From the NCBI GenBank assembly GCA_052327205.1, contig CM126213.1, positions 68,014,001 through 68,078,000 of the forward strand: 64,000 bases of DNA, in the 5' to 3' direction. This document shows positions 41,525 through 54,100 of this stretch, piece after piece. Both the position numbers and the translations under genes were made by a program. The DNA comes from Somniosus microcephalus. Lineage: Eukaryota. The first letter of the stretch is position 1; each line of letters starts with the position of its first letter. A model generated the notes under the pieces. It did not search any database. It had not been told where the DNA came from and worked only from the letters and a program-made list of their open reading frames with translations.

Positions 41525-43945
41525 ATAGAATCATAGAATAGTACAGCACAGATAGAGGCCATTCGGCCCATCGAGTCTGCGCTGGCTCTCTTTCAAAGAG
41601 CAATCCAGTTAGTCCCACTCCCTCACTCTTTCCCCATATCCCTGCAATTTTTTCTCCTTCAAGTATTTATCCAATTCCCTTTTGAAGGTTACTATTGAAT
41701 CTATATCCACCAACCTATCAGGCAGCGCATTTCAAATCCTAACCACTCGTTGCGTAAAAAAGTTTTTGCTCAAGTTGACTCTGGTTCCTTTGCCAATCAC
41801 CCTAAATCTGTGCCCTCTGGTTATCAACCCTTCAGCCATTGGAAACAGTTTCTCTCTATTTACTCTATCTAAACCACTATCAAATTTTCTCTTAGCTTTC
41901 CCTGCTCTAACGAGAACAACCCCAGCTTCTCCAGTCTATCCACATAACTGTAACCCCTCACCCCTGGAACCATTCTAGTAAATCTCTTCTGCACCCTCTC
42001 CAAAGCCTTCATGTCCTTCCTAAAGTGTGGTGCCAAGAATTGGACACAATACTCCAGCTGGGGCCGAATTAGTGTTTTATCTAAGTTTAGCATTACTTCC
42101 TGGCTTTTGTACTCTATAGCCAGAATTTTGTTTGGGGAGGAGGGTTGGGGGCGGGGGTCCGAGGCAGGTGGGAAACTTGGGAGACCAGGTTTCCCGCAGG
42201 CCCAGATGATTTTACCAGCAGGGCCTAATTTGAATGTGAGGCCTTGGTTTCTCGCCCGCAGCCAGCCAGCTTGAGAGGCTGGCAGGCTGCAGACAGGTAG
42301 GCCTCAGTTGTGAGGGGTCGGTCCGGTGGAGGGATCGTGAGAGGGGGTTCGGGGATCGGCGGAAGGGGGGTGTGGGATCAGCGGGAGGGTTGTCGGGATC
42401 AGCGGGAGGGTTGTCGGAATCGGCGGGATCGGCGGGAGGGGGGTTGGCAATTGGGGGTGGGGGATCAGCAATCAAGGGGGGTCGGCAATCGGGAGGGGGG
42501 GAGAGGATTATGGAGAGGTTGCAGGATCGGCAGGCAATGGGGGGTGGTCGGGGATTGGCAGGAAAGCGGGGATTGCGAGGGGGTGGATTGGCGATCGAGG
42601 GTGGGATCGCGCGGGGGGGTGTCGGGCAGGGATCGGCGGGGAGGGGCCAGAGGATCAGGGCCGGTTACTGGAGGATCATGGCCAGTCTCGTCATCATCGT
42701 TGGAGGGAAAGGGGGCGGGGGGAGGCCTGGGGGGGTGATCGGAGGCCTTGTGGGGGGAGGACTCCGATCGCGGGGGGCTGGGTTAGGTAGCAACCCTGGA
42801 TCCAGGAGATAGGTATAAATCCACTTACCTCTGGGTTTCACACAGTCCCCACGAATTGTGTGAAACCCGGCCCCCAGACAGTTAAATTCAAAATGGAGGG
42901 GAAAATAGAAGCTTTCAGCCTCATTACAATATTTAAATTGAGGTAACGCCCCCTGGCAGCGGGTTGACTGCCCGCCCCCTGTCCCGCCTCCGGCAAAACC
43001 GGAAGGAGGCGGGATCAGGTTGGGATTCACATTTTTAACAATTTAACTGCCCCCACGCTCCAAACCCACCCTTTTTTGATGGGAAAATTCTGGCCTATGC
43101 CTCTATTTATAAAGCCCAGGATCCCATATGCTTTTTAAAGTGTTTTGTTTACCTGTCCTGCCACCTTCAAAGATTTGTGCACAAGCACCCCCAGGTCTCT
43201 CTCTTCTTGCATCCCCTTTAAAATTGTACCATTTTGCTTGTATTGTCTCTCCTCATTCTTCCTACCAAAATGTATCACCTTACACTTTTCTGCGTTGAAT
43301 TTCATCTGCCATGTGTCCGCCCATTCCACCAGCCTGTCTGTATCCTCTTGAAGTCTATTACTATCTTCCTCACTGTTTACTACACTTCCAAGTTTCGTTT
43401 CATCTGCAAATTTTGAAATTGTGCCCTGTACCCCCAAGTCCAACTTATTAATGTATATCAAAAACAGCAGTGGTCCTAGTACTGAACCTTGGGGAACTCC
43501 ACTGTATACCTCCCTCCAGTCTGCAAACCAGTCATTCACCACAACTCTGTTTTCTATCCCTTAGTCAAATTTGTATCCATGTTGCTACTGCCCCTTTTAT
43601 CGCATGGGCTTCAATTTTGCTAACAAGCCTAGTATACAATACTTTATCAAAAGCCTTTTGAAAATCCATATACACAGCATCAACTGCACTGCCCTCATCC
43701 ACACTCTCTGTGACCTCATCAAAAAACTCAATCAAGTTAGTCAAACATGATTTGCCCTTAACCAATCCATGCTGGCTCTCCTGTATTAGTCCATGCTTGT
43801 CCAAGTGGTTGTTAAACTGACTGGCCTGTAATTGCCAGGTTTATCCTTCGCCCCTTTTTTTGAACATGGGGAGAAGGATAGATCTGGCAGTTACAGGCCA
43901 GTCAGTTTAATGTCAGTGGTGGGGAAGCTGTTAGAAACAATAATG
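41525..43945 (-). mobile_element. CR1 LINE RT/3' region interrupted by MITE copy B
   Basis: SQHGLVKGKSCLTNLIEFF, SGVPQGSVLGPLLFLIYIN, IRPQLEYCVQF; 3' tail at 41525. Confidence 0.88.
42118..43095. mobile_element. Harbinger/PIF-like MITE, copy B (inverted relative to copy A)
   Basis: TIRs AGCCAGAATTTT / AAAATTCTGGCC; 3-bp TSD TAT within CR1 sequence ACTC-TAT-GCC; subterminal regions are reverse complements of copy A. Confidence 0.7.
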
Positions 43946-44824
43946 CAATGTCACAAAGTTAGATGAAATGGTACATTAATGTTATTATCTCATCATTATA
44001 CTCTAAACAGAAATGTCTAGTTAGTACATTCTGTAACCTTGTTTAGCACTGATTTCTGATTCTATTGCCTAGTTAATGATAGTCCCGTTTTTGTGACTAT
44101 ATTTTAAAAATCTCAACAATTATGTGACAGATGCAGACAATAAGGTGGTAGATTAGATGTGAGCAGATTTATATTCTCTGACACCTTTATGTAACTAGAG
44201 CTACTGTAGCAAACTATATACAGCAGGCTTCTGGCTTAAAAAAGTAAACCAGACCAGGACTTGCTTTGTAGACAAAAACTGGGTCGCACCAGTGTTCTTT
44301 TAATTGATTGCGAGTTATTTTTGAGTGTTCTCAAAAAAATTTGAGGTTGAACAATTATACAGAATAAATATTTAGTTAAGCTTTAGAAATTTGTAGTACA
44401 GCTTCTGCTGATGCAGTGATGATATTCACTTTGATGCTGCCATGTCCCAACACTGTATGATGAACATGGCGTCTATGGGTATTGCTTTATCTTACTCTTT
44501 CACATATCACAGTGCTGCATCAAGTGAAGCGACTCAATTGATGTGGAACATTTCTTACTTGGGATCTTCTTTCACAGAGTCTTTTGCAACACTCTTAGTG
44601 TTACCCTGAACTGCAACCATAATATCACAGTCCAGAAGTGTTGGTGTTCTAGGCCATGCTCAAATGCAAGCCACTGGCTGATGTTGCCATTTTCCACCTT
44701 GCTGTACCTTGGCAGCAGTTTGAATAACTGGACGAAGGTGGTTGTGCAGTCCATTCACTTCTGTCTTGCTACATTTGTGCTAGGGCCCAACATTGCTTGT
44801 TAACATGAAATATGGTTTTATCTT

Positions 44825-47800
44825 TGTTGTGTATGTACCTTTAAGGGAATAACTGGTCTCAGACTGCAGTACCGGCAGTGACCACCCCTGTATAAAAGGC
44901 CCTAGCAGGCTTCTGTAGTTTCAGTTTCCAGGTTGTCTCCATTCAGTAAAGACTTGTTATGATCAACTCCTGCAGTCCGTGTTTCAATTATACACGGACA
45001 TAATACTGGCGACGAGGAAGAAACGAACTTACCTGCAACTCGGCAGCAGCTCAGACGACGTTATTGAAGGTCGGAGCCAGAAGAAAGAAAAAAAAATAAT
45101 CCAAAGAAACTCGAGAAACGGGCGTCGACCATGGGCAACCGCCCTCCAAATCATCGAATTGAAAAATTGCAGGAGAGACAGTCGAGAGCCAGGCTTGGTT
45201 CTCCAGTCTGTGGTTTCCCAGCTAATCGGGCTGGTGGCAGGTAGTGCACTGATCCTTCCTGGGCTGTGGCAGGCTAGAGCTCGATCGGGTGGCTCTGCAA
45301 TGGGGCCGGGCAGCGAGTCGGGAAGCAAAGAGAGAGAGAGAGAGGGTGGAGCACACAGGGCACGGCTGGTGCTTCGAAGCCGGGCAGCGTTCGGACTTAA
45401 GAAGAGGGAGGGAAGTGTCCCAGAGGGTCCGCTCCATGACGGGAACGGTTCTTCAATTAACGGAGCAAATATTGAAGCGCGATAGAAAAATAAAAATACC
45501 GCGGAGAGCGGCGTTGGCAGCAGCGATCGGGGAGGCGCGAAGACCATAGGGCGTCGCCATTACAGGATAGTAAAATAAATATAATCGCCAGCAACAGCGT
45601 TGGCAGCAGCGGCAGCGGCGGGAAAGCGCGGGAGGCGCCATCTTAACTCGGCGGGGAAGAAGGAAAAGCGCGGGAGGCGCCATCTTAGATTTTCAAGATG
45701 CCAAAGACTGGCGATATCACTGCCTTCGATAATGCAATAGAAGACTGGACCACGTATGTGGAAAGAGTCGAGGTATATTGCGAGGCAAACGAAATAGCCG
45801 ATGAGAAAAAGGCATCGGTATTGCTAAATTTAATGGGCGCAAGAACGTACGGCCTATTGCGGGACCTGATTACTCCAGCCAAACCGAAGGCGAAGAATTT
45901 TAACGAAATTGTTGCTATCCTACAGGAACACCTAAATCCTACACCGCTGCTGATAGCAAAAAGATTTAAATTCCACAGGAGAAATCAGCATAAAAATGAG
46001 AGCAATGCTGATTACCTTACGGAACTACGCAAGCTATCAAAGCACTGCCAGTTCGGAGCAGGACTGGCAGATACCTTACGGGACAAATTTGTCTGTGGAC
46101 TCCTGAGTGAAGGAACCCAGAAGAGGTTACTCTCAGAGAAAGAGCTGACGCTAGATAAGGCTTTCAGCGTGGCAGTATCGTACGAAGCAGCAGCAAGGGG
46201 AGCTGTGGAAATACAACAAAAGCCACAGGAATACGGCACCCACGAAATGACACGGGGATTTGCAAAATGTTATTGCTGCGGCAGAACAAACCATGACCAG
46301 AAGGACTGCTGGTCCAAGGACAAAATATGCAGGCAATGCGGAAAGATGGGACACATTGCACGAGTTTGCAGGTCTGGGAAGAAGACCAACGACAACAAAA
46401 AGGCTACTAAGGAACCGTACAGGAAAGTACAAAAGATGACGGACAGTAGTTCCGAAGACCAGATGAGCGATAGTGAATCCGGGAACAAGAGACTAAGCTG
46501 TCTCAAACTTCACAACGTAATCGCAAAAGAGGATCACCGAACCATTTGGGTCACCCTCACGATAGCAGGGTCCCAAGTCAAAATGGAATTGGATACAGGA
46601 TCAGCTCTAACCGTCATGAATCGACGCGACTACGAGCGGCTATTCTCACACATACCCTTGAGAGAGACATCCATTGTCTTGAGGACGTATACGGGGCAAA
46701 AAGTATACCCCAGAGGAAAAATAAGGGTGCCTGTCGAATACAACGGCAAGAAAATAAGGAAATTGTATCTCTACATTCTGCAAGATGGTGGACCACCGTT
46801 ATTGGGACGTGAATGGATCAGAAAGATAAGTTTAGACTGGCACTCCATTCAGGCACTGACGGTGGCTGGTAAAAAGGATGACGACGTCACTCCTGGACGA
46901 TTGTCAACAATCTTAGCTGACGCCAAAGAGGTATTTCAACAAGAACTGGGCACTCTTAAAGGCGTAACCTCCTTGATAAAAATAGAGGAGAATGCAATTC
47001 CCAAGTTTTTCAAAGCAAGACCGGTACCATATGCAATTCGCCCAGCCGTCGAGGCAGAGCTGGAGAATCTGGAGAATGCAGGCGTGTTATCTAAGGTAGA
47101 CTGGAGCGAGTGGGCGACACCCATCGTTCCTGTCATGAAGAAAACGTTAAACAAGAAGTCTGAGGAGCCAAGGAAGGTTCGCATCTGTGGGGACTTCAAG
47201 GTGCCAGTGAACCCAATCCTTCACACAGTACAATATCCTCTTCCAAGGATAGAAGACATCTTCGCCTCACTATCTGGAGGGAAGCGTTTTACAAAAATTG
47301 ACCTAGCACAAGCATATTTGCAGATGGAGGTTGAAGAATCGTCTAGGAAGTATCTCACGATAAACACTCACAAAGGTCTTTACCAGTATAATCGACTGGT
47401 ATTCGGAGTAGCATCAGCTCCGGCGATATGGCAAAGAGCGATGGAACAAGTCCTGCAAGGGATTCCGGGGACTCAGTGTTACTTGGACGACATCCTAGTG
47501 ACAGGTGAAGATGACAGTGAACACCTTGCCAACCTAGAGCAGGTGCTCACTAGACTACGTGAACATGGGCTATGAGCCAATCACCCTAAGTGCGAGTTTT
47601 TTAAGAAACAAATATCGTATTGTGGCCACATGATTGATGAAGAGGGGTTGCATAAGTCCCCTGACAAAATTGAAGCGGTAGTTAAGGCTCCAGCACCTGA
47701 AAATGTGTCGCAACTGAGGTCATTCCTCGGATTGGTGAATTACTACCATAAGTTTTTGCTGAATTTGTCCACAATTCTGCATCCACTGAACGCCCTACTA

Positions 47801-49940
47801 TGAACGGGAGTAGCTTGGAAATGGAGCGATGAATGTAAGCGGGCCTTTCAGAAGAGTAAAGACCTAATCACTTCAAGAGAAGTATTGGCTCACTACAACC
47901 CATCACTATCGATAAGACTGGCGTGTGATGCGTCTCCCTACGGCATTGGGGCAGTACTGTCACATAAATTCCTTGATGGTTCAGAGAGGCCGATAGCTTT
48001 TGCGTCACGCTCGTTAACTTCAGCCGAGCGTAACTACGCCCAGATTGACAGAGAGGCCCTCAGCCTGGTGTGGGGGGTGAAGAAGTTCAATCACTACCTG
48101 CACGGTCAGAAATTTACTCTACTAACTGATCATCAACCTCTCGTCTCCATTTTCAACCCTCAGAAGGGCGTACCGATAATGACGGCACAACGGCTACAGA
48201 GGTGGTCCCTTTTCCTAGGGGCTCACCAATATGACATCGAGTACAAAGGAACTAAACAGCATGGGAATGCTGATGGATTGTCGCGCCTACCGTTGCCGAC
48301 GGTGGAAGAAGAACTGCCAGTGGATCCAATGGAGTTATTCCACTCGACTATAGTCGAATGTCTCCCTGTGACGAATGCAAACATAGAAAAGGAAACACGA
48401 AATGACCCGACACTCTCCTGGGTCTATGATTTAACAGTGAAGGGATGGCCAGCACATGGCGAACCACTGTTGCCAGCATTCTTGCCAAGAGAACAGCTGT
48501 CAGTGTGCAGAGGAACCTTGATGTGTGGATCCAGAGTAGTAATTTCACCCAAATTGAAGGATAGAGTGCTCAATGAGTTTCATGAGGGTCATCTGGGAGG
48601 GGTAAAAATGAAGAACTTAGCCAGAGCGTTTGTGTGGTGGCCGGGAATCGATAGAGAAATCGAAGAGATGACCAAGAGCTGTACAGGATGCCAGAAGGTC
48701 CAAAACACCCCACCACAAGCCCCTCTACATCCATGGGAGTGGCCCTCATCTCCATGGCAAAGGGTACTCATTGATTTTGCTGGTCCCTTTATGGACTCGA
48801 TGTTTTTAATTGCGGTGGATGCACATTCAAAGTGGCCAGAGGTAATAAAAATGTCCTCAACCACCACAGAAAAAACTATCACAGTCTTACGAACCATATT
48901 CGCCAGGAATGGGCTGCCTGAACAGAATTGCTCTGACAATGGACCACAGTTTGTGTCTGAAGAGTTCCGGAGGTTCTTAAAGAACAATGGTGTTAAGCAT
49001 TACACATCCGCCCCATATCATCCAGCCATGAATGGATTGGCCGAGAGGTTTGTTCAAACATTCAAGAAGGCTATTCATGCAATGTGTAATGAAGATATAC
49101 CCCTACAACACAAGGTGGATAACTTCTTGTTTGCCTACCGGAATGCGACACATGCGGTTACCAACCAAACTCCAGCCATGATGTTCTTCAATCGAAGACT
49201 ACGATGCCGCTTGGATTTGGTTAAGCCAAACGTCAGAAGAGATGTGGAGAACAGGCAGTTTCAGAATATGAATGAAAGGCCGACCAGGAGTTTTAAGATA
49301 GATCAACCAGTTTTGGCCCGGGACTACCGCACAGAGAAATGGCAGCCAGGAACGATCTGCACACGGCAAGGACCCCTAATGTATACCGTGGACGTTGGAG
49401 AGAGCATTGTAAGACGCCATGCTGACCAGATTCTAGAGTCACTGGAAAACGTCAACTCCACACCACGATCTGATACACCTGGCGATGAAACCGAAGTACC
49501 AATTGCATCTACCGCAGAATCGGTGATATTGGAAGCAGACGAACCAAACAACGACATTGATCCCGACTCAACCTTGCCAGAAGAACCTGATATCCCAAAG
49601 AGGCGTTATCCAGACAGAATCAGGAAGCCTCCTCAAAGACTGAACTTATAATTGCTTAACTTCAACCAATGTATCTAGCAACCGTAATTGTAATTGTAAT
49701 TAGTTATTATTTAGTTGCTAAATGAATGTTATGTACTGTTTATCTAAAAGTGGAGGAATTGTTGTGTATGTACCTTTAAGGGAATAACTGGTCTCAGACT
49801 GCAGTACCGGCAGTGACCACCCCTGTATAAAAGGCCCTAGCAGGCTTCTGTAGTTTCAGTTTCCAGGTTGTCTCCATTCAGTAAAGACTTGTTATGATCA
49901 ACCCCTGCAGTCCGTGTCTCAATTATACACGGACATAATA
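44825..49940 (+). mobile_element. Ty3/Gypsy LTR retrotransposon, copy 2 (full length, two nonsense codons)
   Basis: 181-bp LTRs 44825-45005 and 49760-49940 (2 mismatches); TSD ATCTT; PBS TGGCGACGAGGA; PPT AAAAGTGGAGGAAT. Confidence 0.95.
45698..49651 (+). pseudogene. Single-frame gag-pol polyprotein (Gag, PR, RT, RNase H, IN) with in-frame TGA at 47573 and 47801
   Basis: CCHC x2, LDTGS, YLDD, CDASPYG, HHCC and DDE motifs; ORFs 45698-47575 and 47885-49651 share a frame. Confidence 0.92.
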
Positions 49941-49999
49941 ATCTTCACCACTTTGCAGAACTGCCGCTCTCTGTGGAGTGTGTGGCCTTTCCAGATCCA

Positions 50000-50360
50000 T
50001 CAGCTATGGCTCAGTGGTAGTAATCCCACCTCTGAGTCAGATGGTTGTGGGTTCAAGTCCTACTCCAAGGACTTGAGCACAAAATCTAGGCTGACACTTC
50101 AGTGCAGTGCAGAACTGAGGGGAGTGCTGCACTGTCGGAGGTGCCGTCTTTTGGATGAAACGTTAAACCGAGGCCCCGTCTGTCCTTTCAGGTGGACGTA
50201 AAAAGATCAAATGCCACTATTTGAAGAAGAGCAGGGCAGTTCTCCCCTGGCCAATATTTATCCCTCAACCAACATCACTAAAACAGATTATCTGGTCATT
50301 ATCTCATTGCTGTTTCTGGGACCTTGGCTGCTGCATTTCCTACATTTACAACAGTGACTG
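50000..50360 (+). mobile_element. DeuSINE (SacSINE1-like)
   Basis: TGGCTCAGTGGTAG / GGTTCAAGTCC boxes and core similar to 605-1070. Confidence 0.72.
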
Positions 50361-51129
50361 TGGGACATGTTGAGGATGTGCCCAGCAGCAGGGCAATGCA
50401 GAAGCCAGAGATAAGAAAACTGTCTCTCAACACAGCACAGCGACCTTATGCTGAGCCAGAAAGAAGTTGGGCCCAGGCAGCCACTCCAGCCTTGGATGTG
50501 CTGGAATCAGTTGCAGGCCAACCCTTGAGCCTGCTCAAGGAGGTACAGAGCCACTGCATCGCAAGAGCCGCCTTTTGGGATTGAGCAGCTAGCCATCTAA
50601 CTTGTTCCTCCCTAAGATCCAAAAGGACCAATGGATTAAATACTACTCAATGCAAACCATACACAACCATCAAGGGGAAGCACCAGCCAGAAAAAGACAC
50701 TAATTTCGAACACTCTGAACACCAGTTAGATGAATAAATTAGTTAAAGTCCATTTGCACTCTGTGCAGAATTTATTTATATTGAAGAAGATTTCTATAGC
50801 AGGAAATTAATGGGTTGGAACTTGGCAGGCTGCTACATCAAGCAGAGGATAATGGTGGGTATGGTGTTTGGGAAGCCAGTTCATTTGGAACATATATTGC
50901 AAACTTCTTGTACTACGATGACGTTGAAATTTATTTGAATTGTTGTCTATTAAATATTACAAGAATGCAAAATAGGGTCAATGACAGGTCAAAGTGGCAT
51001 TTGGTGGTTTCCGCCCCAACCTGCAGGTCTCAGGCTGCAGTGTAAATTCTGCAGTTTGAGCCCCAAAGGGCAAACTTTAACAGGGCCAAGAAGGAAATAA
51101 AATTAAACTTAAAAAAATAATTTCCCACT

Positions 51130-54100
51130 TGTTGTGTATGTAACCGTTTACCTTTAAGGGAACTATAGAATGTGACCGTTCGCCTTTAAGAGCACTACTT
51201 TAGGGTGGCACTATTTATTGGCTCATGTATACTGTAATACCGATAGTGACCACACCAGTATATAAGGGTTGTGATACGTTAACTAGATCAGAAATCGCCC
51301 AGACCACTGAATAGTAAAGACCTGTTTTGTTTGTACTTCTAAAGTCTCTAAAGTTATTTACTGCACAACCTACAGACTTTACAGTGGCGACGAGTCCGAT
51401 CGTACCCTGCGGCAAGACTAACCAGTAGCAGAGAGCTTCAAAAAGAAAACACGAGGCTCCGTCTACTAAAAGTATAGTACTTACTGGAAGCTGGAAGATT
51501 AACAGCAAAGCTGCGGCAGCAACAGGCACAGATTACCCTGCTACCACATCTTGAGCGAGCCAATCAGCCTAAAACAAGGCGGCCGAAGAGACTGTGAGTA
51601 GTTAAAACAAATAAATTTAAAAAAAAACGGGGTAGAAGTATTTGGAGGAGAAGGGCAAAGCATTCGGGTCCAACGGCGTCGGGTGACAGCCGGACCGCGG
51701 GCAATGTGAGAAGCCGTGCAGCAACCGCTGCCACGAAGCGCTGAGCCTGCGAGTAGGCGCGGGAGTGTCAGAGCCAGAGCCGAGCGGGAGGCGTTGCAAG
51801 CCAGCGATCGCATCTCCAGATAAGGGCGAGAGCCGCGAGAGCGATCGGATCTACAGATAAGGGCCGGCAGCCGCTTCGCGATCCAGCGATCGCATTATAG
51901 ATAAGGGCCGCACTCGGGCTGACAGACGGCGTCGGGGGACCGGGTGAAGACCGCCAAGCGCGGGAAAACCGCCATTGAAGTGGGCGGGGAGAGCGAGAAG
52001 CGCGGGAAAGCCGCCATTTTTCGGGGAAAACCGCTGAAGAAGAAGGAAGAAGCGGGAAACCGCCATCTTGGAAATTATTAAGAATTTCAGAAAAGTAATA
52101 AGATTTTTCAGAAAGGCTGGTGTGTTCTCAAGAAGAGAGAAGAAAATTAATAATAAGTAAAGTAATACTTGTACTGTTCTCAAAAAGAGAAGAAGATGCC
52201 TAAGCGAGGAAATATTAATGACTTTAATGCAGAAATAGAAGACTGGGCCACGTATGTGGAACGCATAGAAATATATTGCGTAGCCAACGAAATTGAGGAT
52301 GACAACAAGGCAATAACTTTGTTAAATTCGATGGGAGCAAAAACATACGGGCTTTTGAAACATCTAATAGCACCAGTTAAACCAGTGGACCAGACCTTCG
52401 AAGAGATCGTAACAGTGTTGAAGGATCACTTGAACCCCACACCGTTGATGCTGGCTGAACGATTTAAATTTTACGCCAGAACCCAGAGGCAAGATGAAAG
52501 CAATGCGGAATACTTAGTCGAACTGCGTAAGCTAGCGAAATACTGCCAGTTTGGAGGGAATTTGACAGAGGCGCTGCGGGACAAGTTCGTATGCGGCTTG
52601 GCCAAAGAAGGAACGCAGAAGCGACTTCTGGAAGAAAACGACCTCACACTGGACAGGGCTGTCCTCATAGCTTCATCGCACGAAGCCGCAGCGAAAGGGA
52701 CGGCGGAAATGCAGCTAAAGGCGGCGGCACTCGGGGTGGACCAAATTACAGCAAGCACTCCCAAATGCTACCGTTGTGGAAAGACAACGCACGACCAGAA
52801 TCAGTGCTGGTTTAAGAACCAAGAGTGCAGGAAATGTGGCAAACTGGGTCACATCGCGAAGGTATGCAGGTCCGGAAAGAAGACCAACAAGCAAAGGAAG
52901 CCACCACCACAAGGAAAGTACAACAAGGTGCATCAGGTGGCTGAAAAGAGTTCAGACGAACAAAATTCAGACTCAGACCCAAACAGCCAGGAGCTGGATA
53001 GTCTGAGAATCCACCATGTGGGTAAAGTAACTGATCTACAGTTGATCTGGGTCACACTAAAAATAGCGGGAGTCCAAGTACGAATGGAGATGGACACGGG
53101 ATCAGCTGTATCCGTCATCAACCAAAAGGACTATCACCGGCTATTCTCTCACATACCCTTAAGAAATACCAAATTCATATTACAGACATACACGGGGCAT
53201 CATGTATACCCCCTGGGAAAAATACGAGTCAAGGTGAGAGATAGGGGTAAAGAACACCCACGAATGTATCTGTACGTACTACCTGAGGGAGGACCACCAC
53301 TTCTGGGACGGGAGTGGATCAAGAAAATAGACATGGGATGGCACTACCGACAAGCAATGACGAGTGAGGACTCGGTGCAGACAAGCAGCTCAGACTCCGA
53401 GCCGGAAGACGATAAGTCCAGCTTATGTATGAAAAACAAGATTAACATGAACTCACGGACTAAGGTTGGGAAATCGATGGCGTGCATAAAGACAGAGAAT
53501 TCTGAGTCTGTTCAAGCTACAGACATATGCATTACGGAGGAACACCGGGCTAGAACTCAACGTTATGTCAAAGTACAACGACAATTAGAACAGTTGAGTG
53601 CCCATCTCCTACAAGAGATGGAAAAGGTGAAAAAGTTCTGGGACACCGAATGGGAGTCCCTGGAAAGACAACAGAGACAGCTCGCTCAAGCAGAGAGCGA
53701 CCATAGAGCCATCGTGGCCAAGTACCAATCACATCTCCCTGAGGCTGTTCAGGAACTAGAATATACACAGAACGATCCAAAGGAAGAGGAATCTTCAGGA
53801 AGTCAGGATGGTATTCCAGTTCACCTCTACGACTTGTTGCAAGCAGAGTGTAACGAGTTGAAAGAACAGTATGAACAGGCTAGGACTACAATCCTGGAAG
53901 GGGTTAACTTGGCAACTTCCGAAAAGCTCGTGTTAGTGAAAGCATATGAGCAACTAAAGGTTGAACATGAACGACTAAAGGTTGACCATAAGCAAGAATT
54001 ACAAAGTCTGCAGGAAATGTTTGATGAGCTTCAGGCCAAGGCTGACTCATCGTTAGGGATTCAATCCATAGGAAAAAAATTAGTGGTGGAAGACATACCA

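Noticed and set aside
40499-43030. Many Gly- or Pro-rich ORFs
   Set aside because: By-products of low-complexity G/C-skewed MITE interiors
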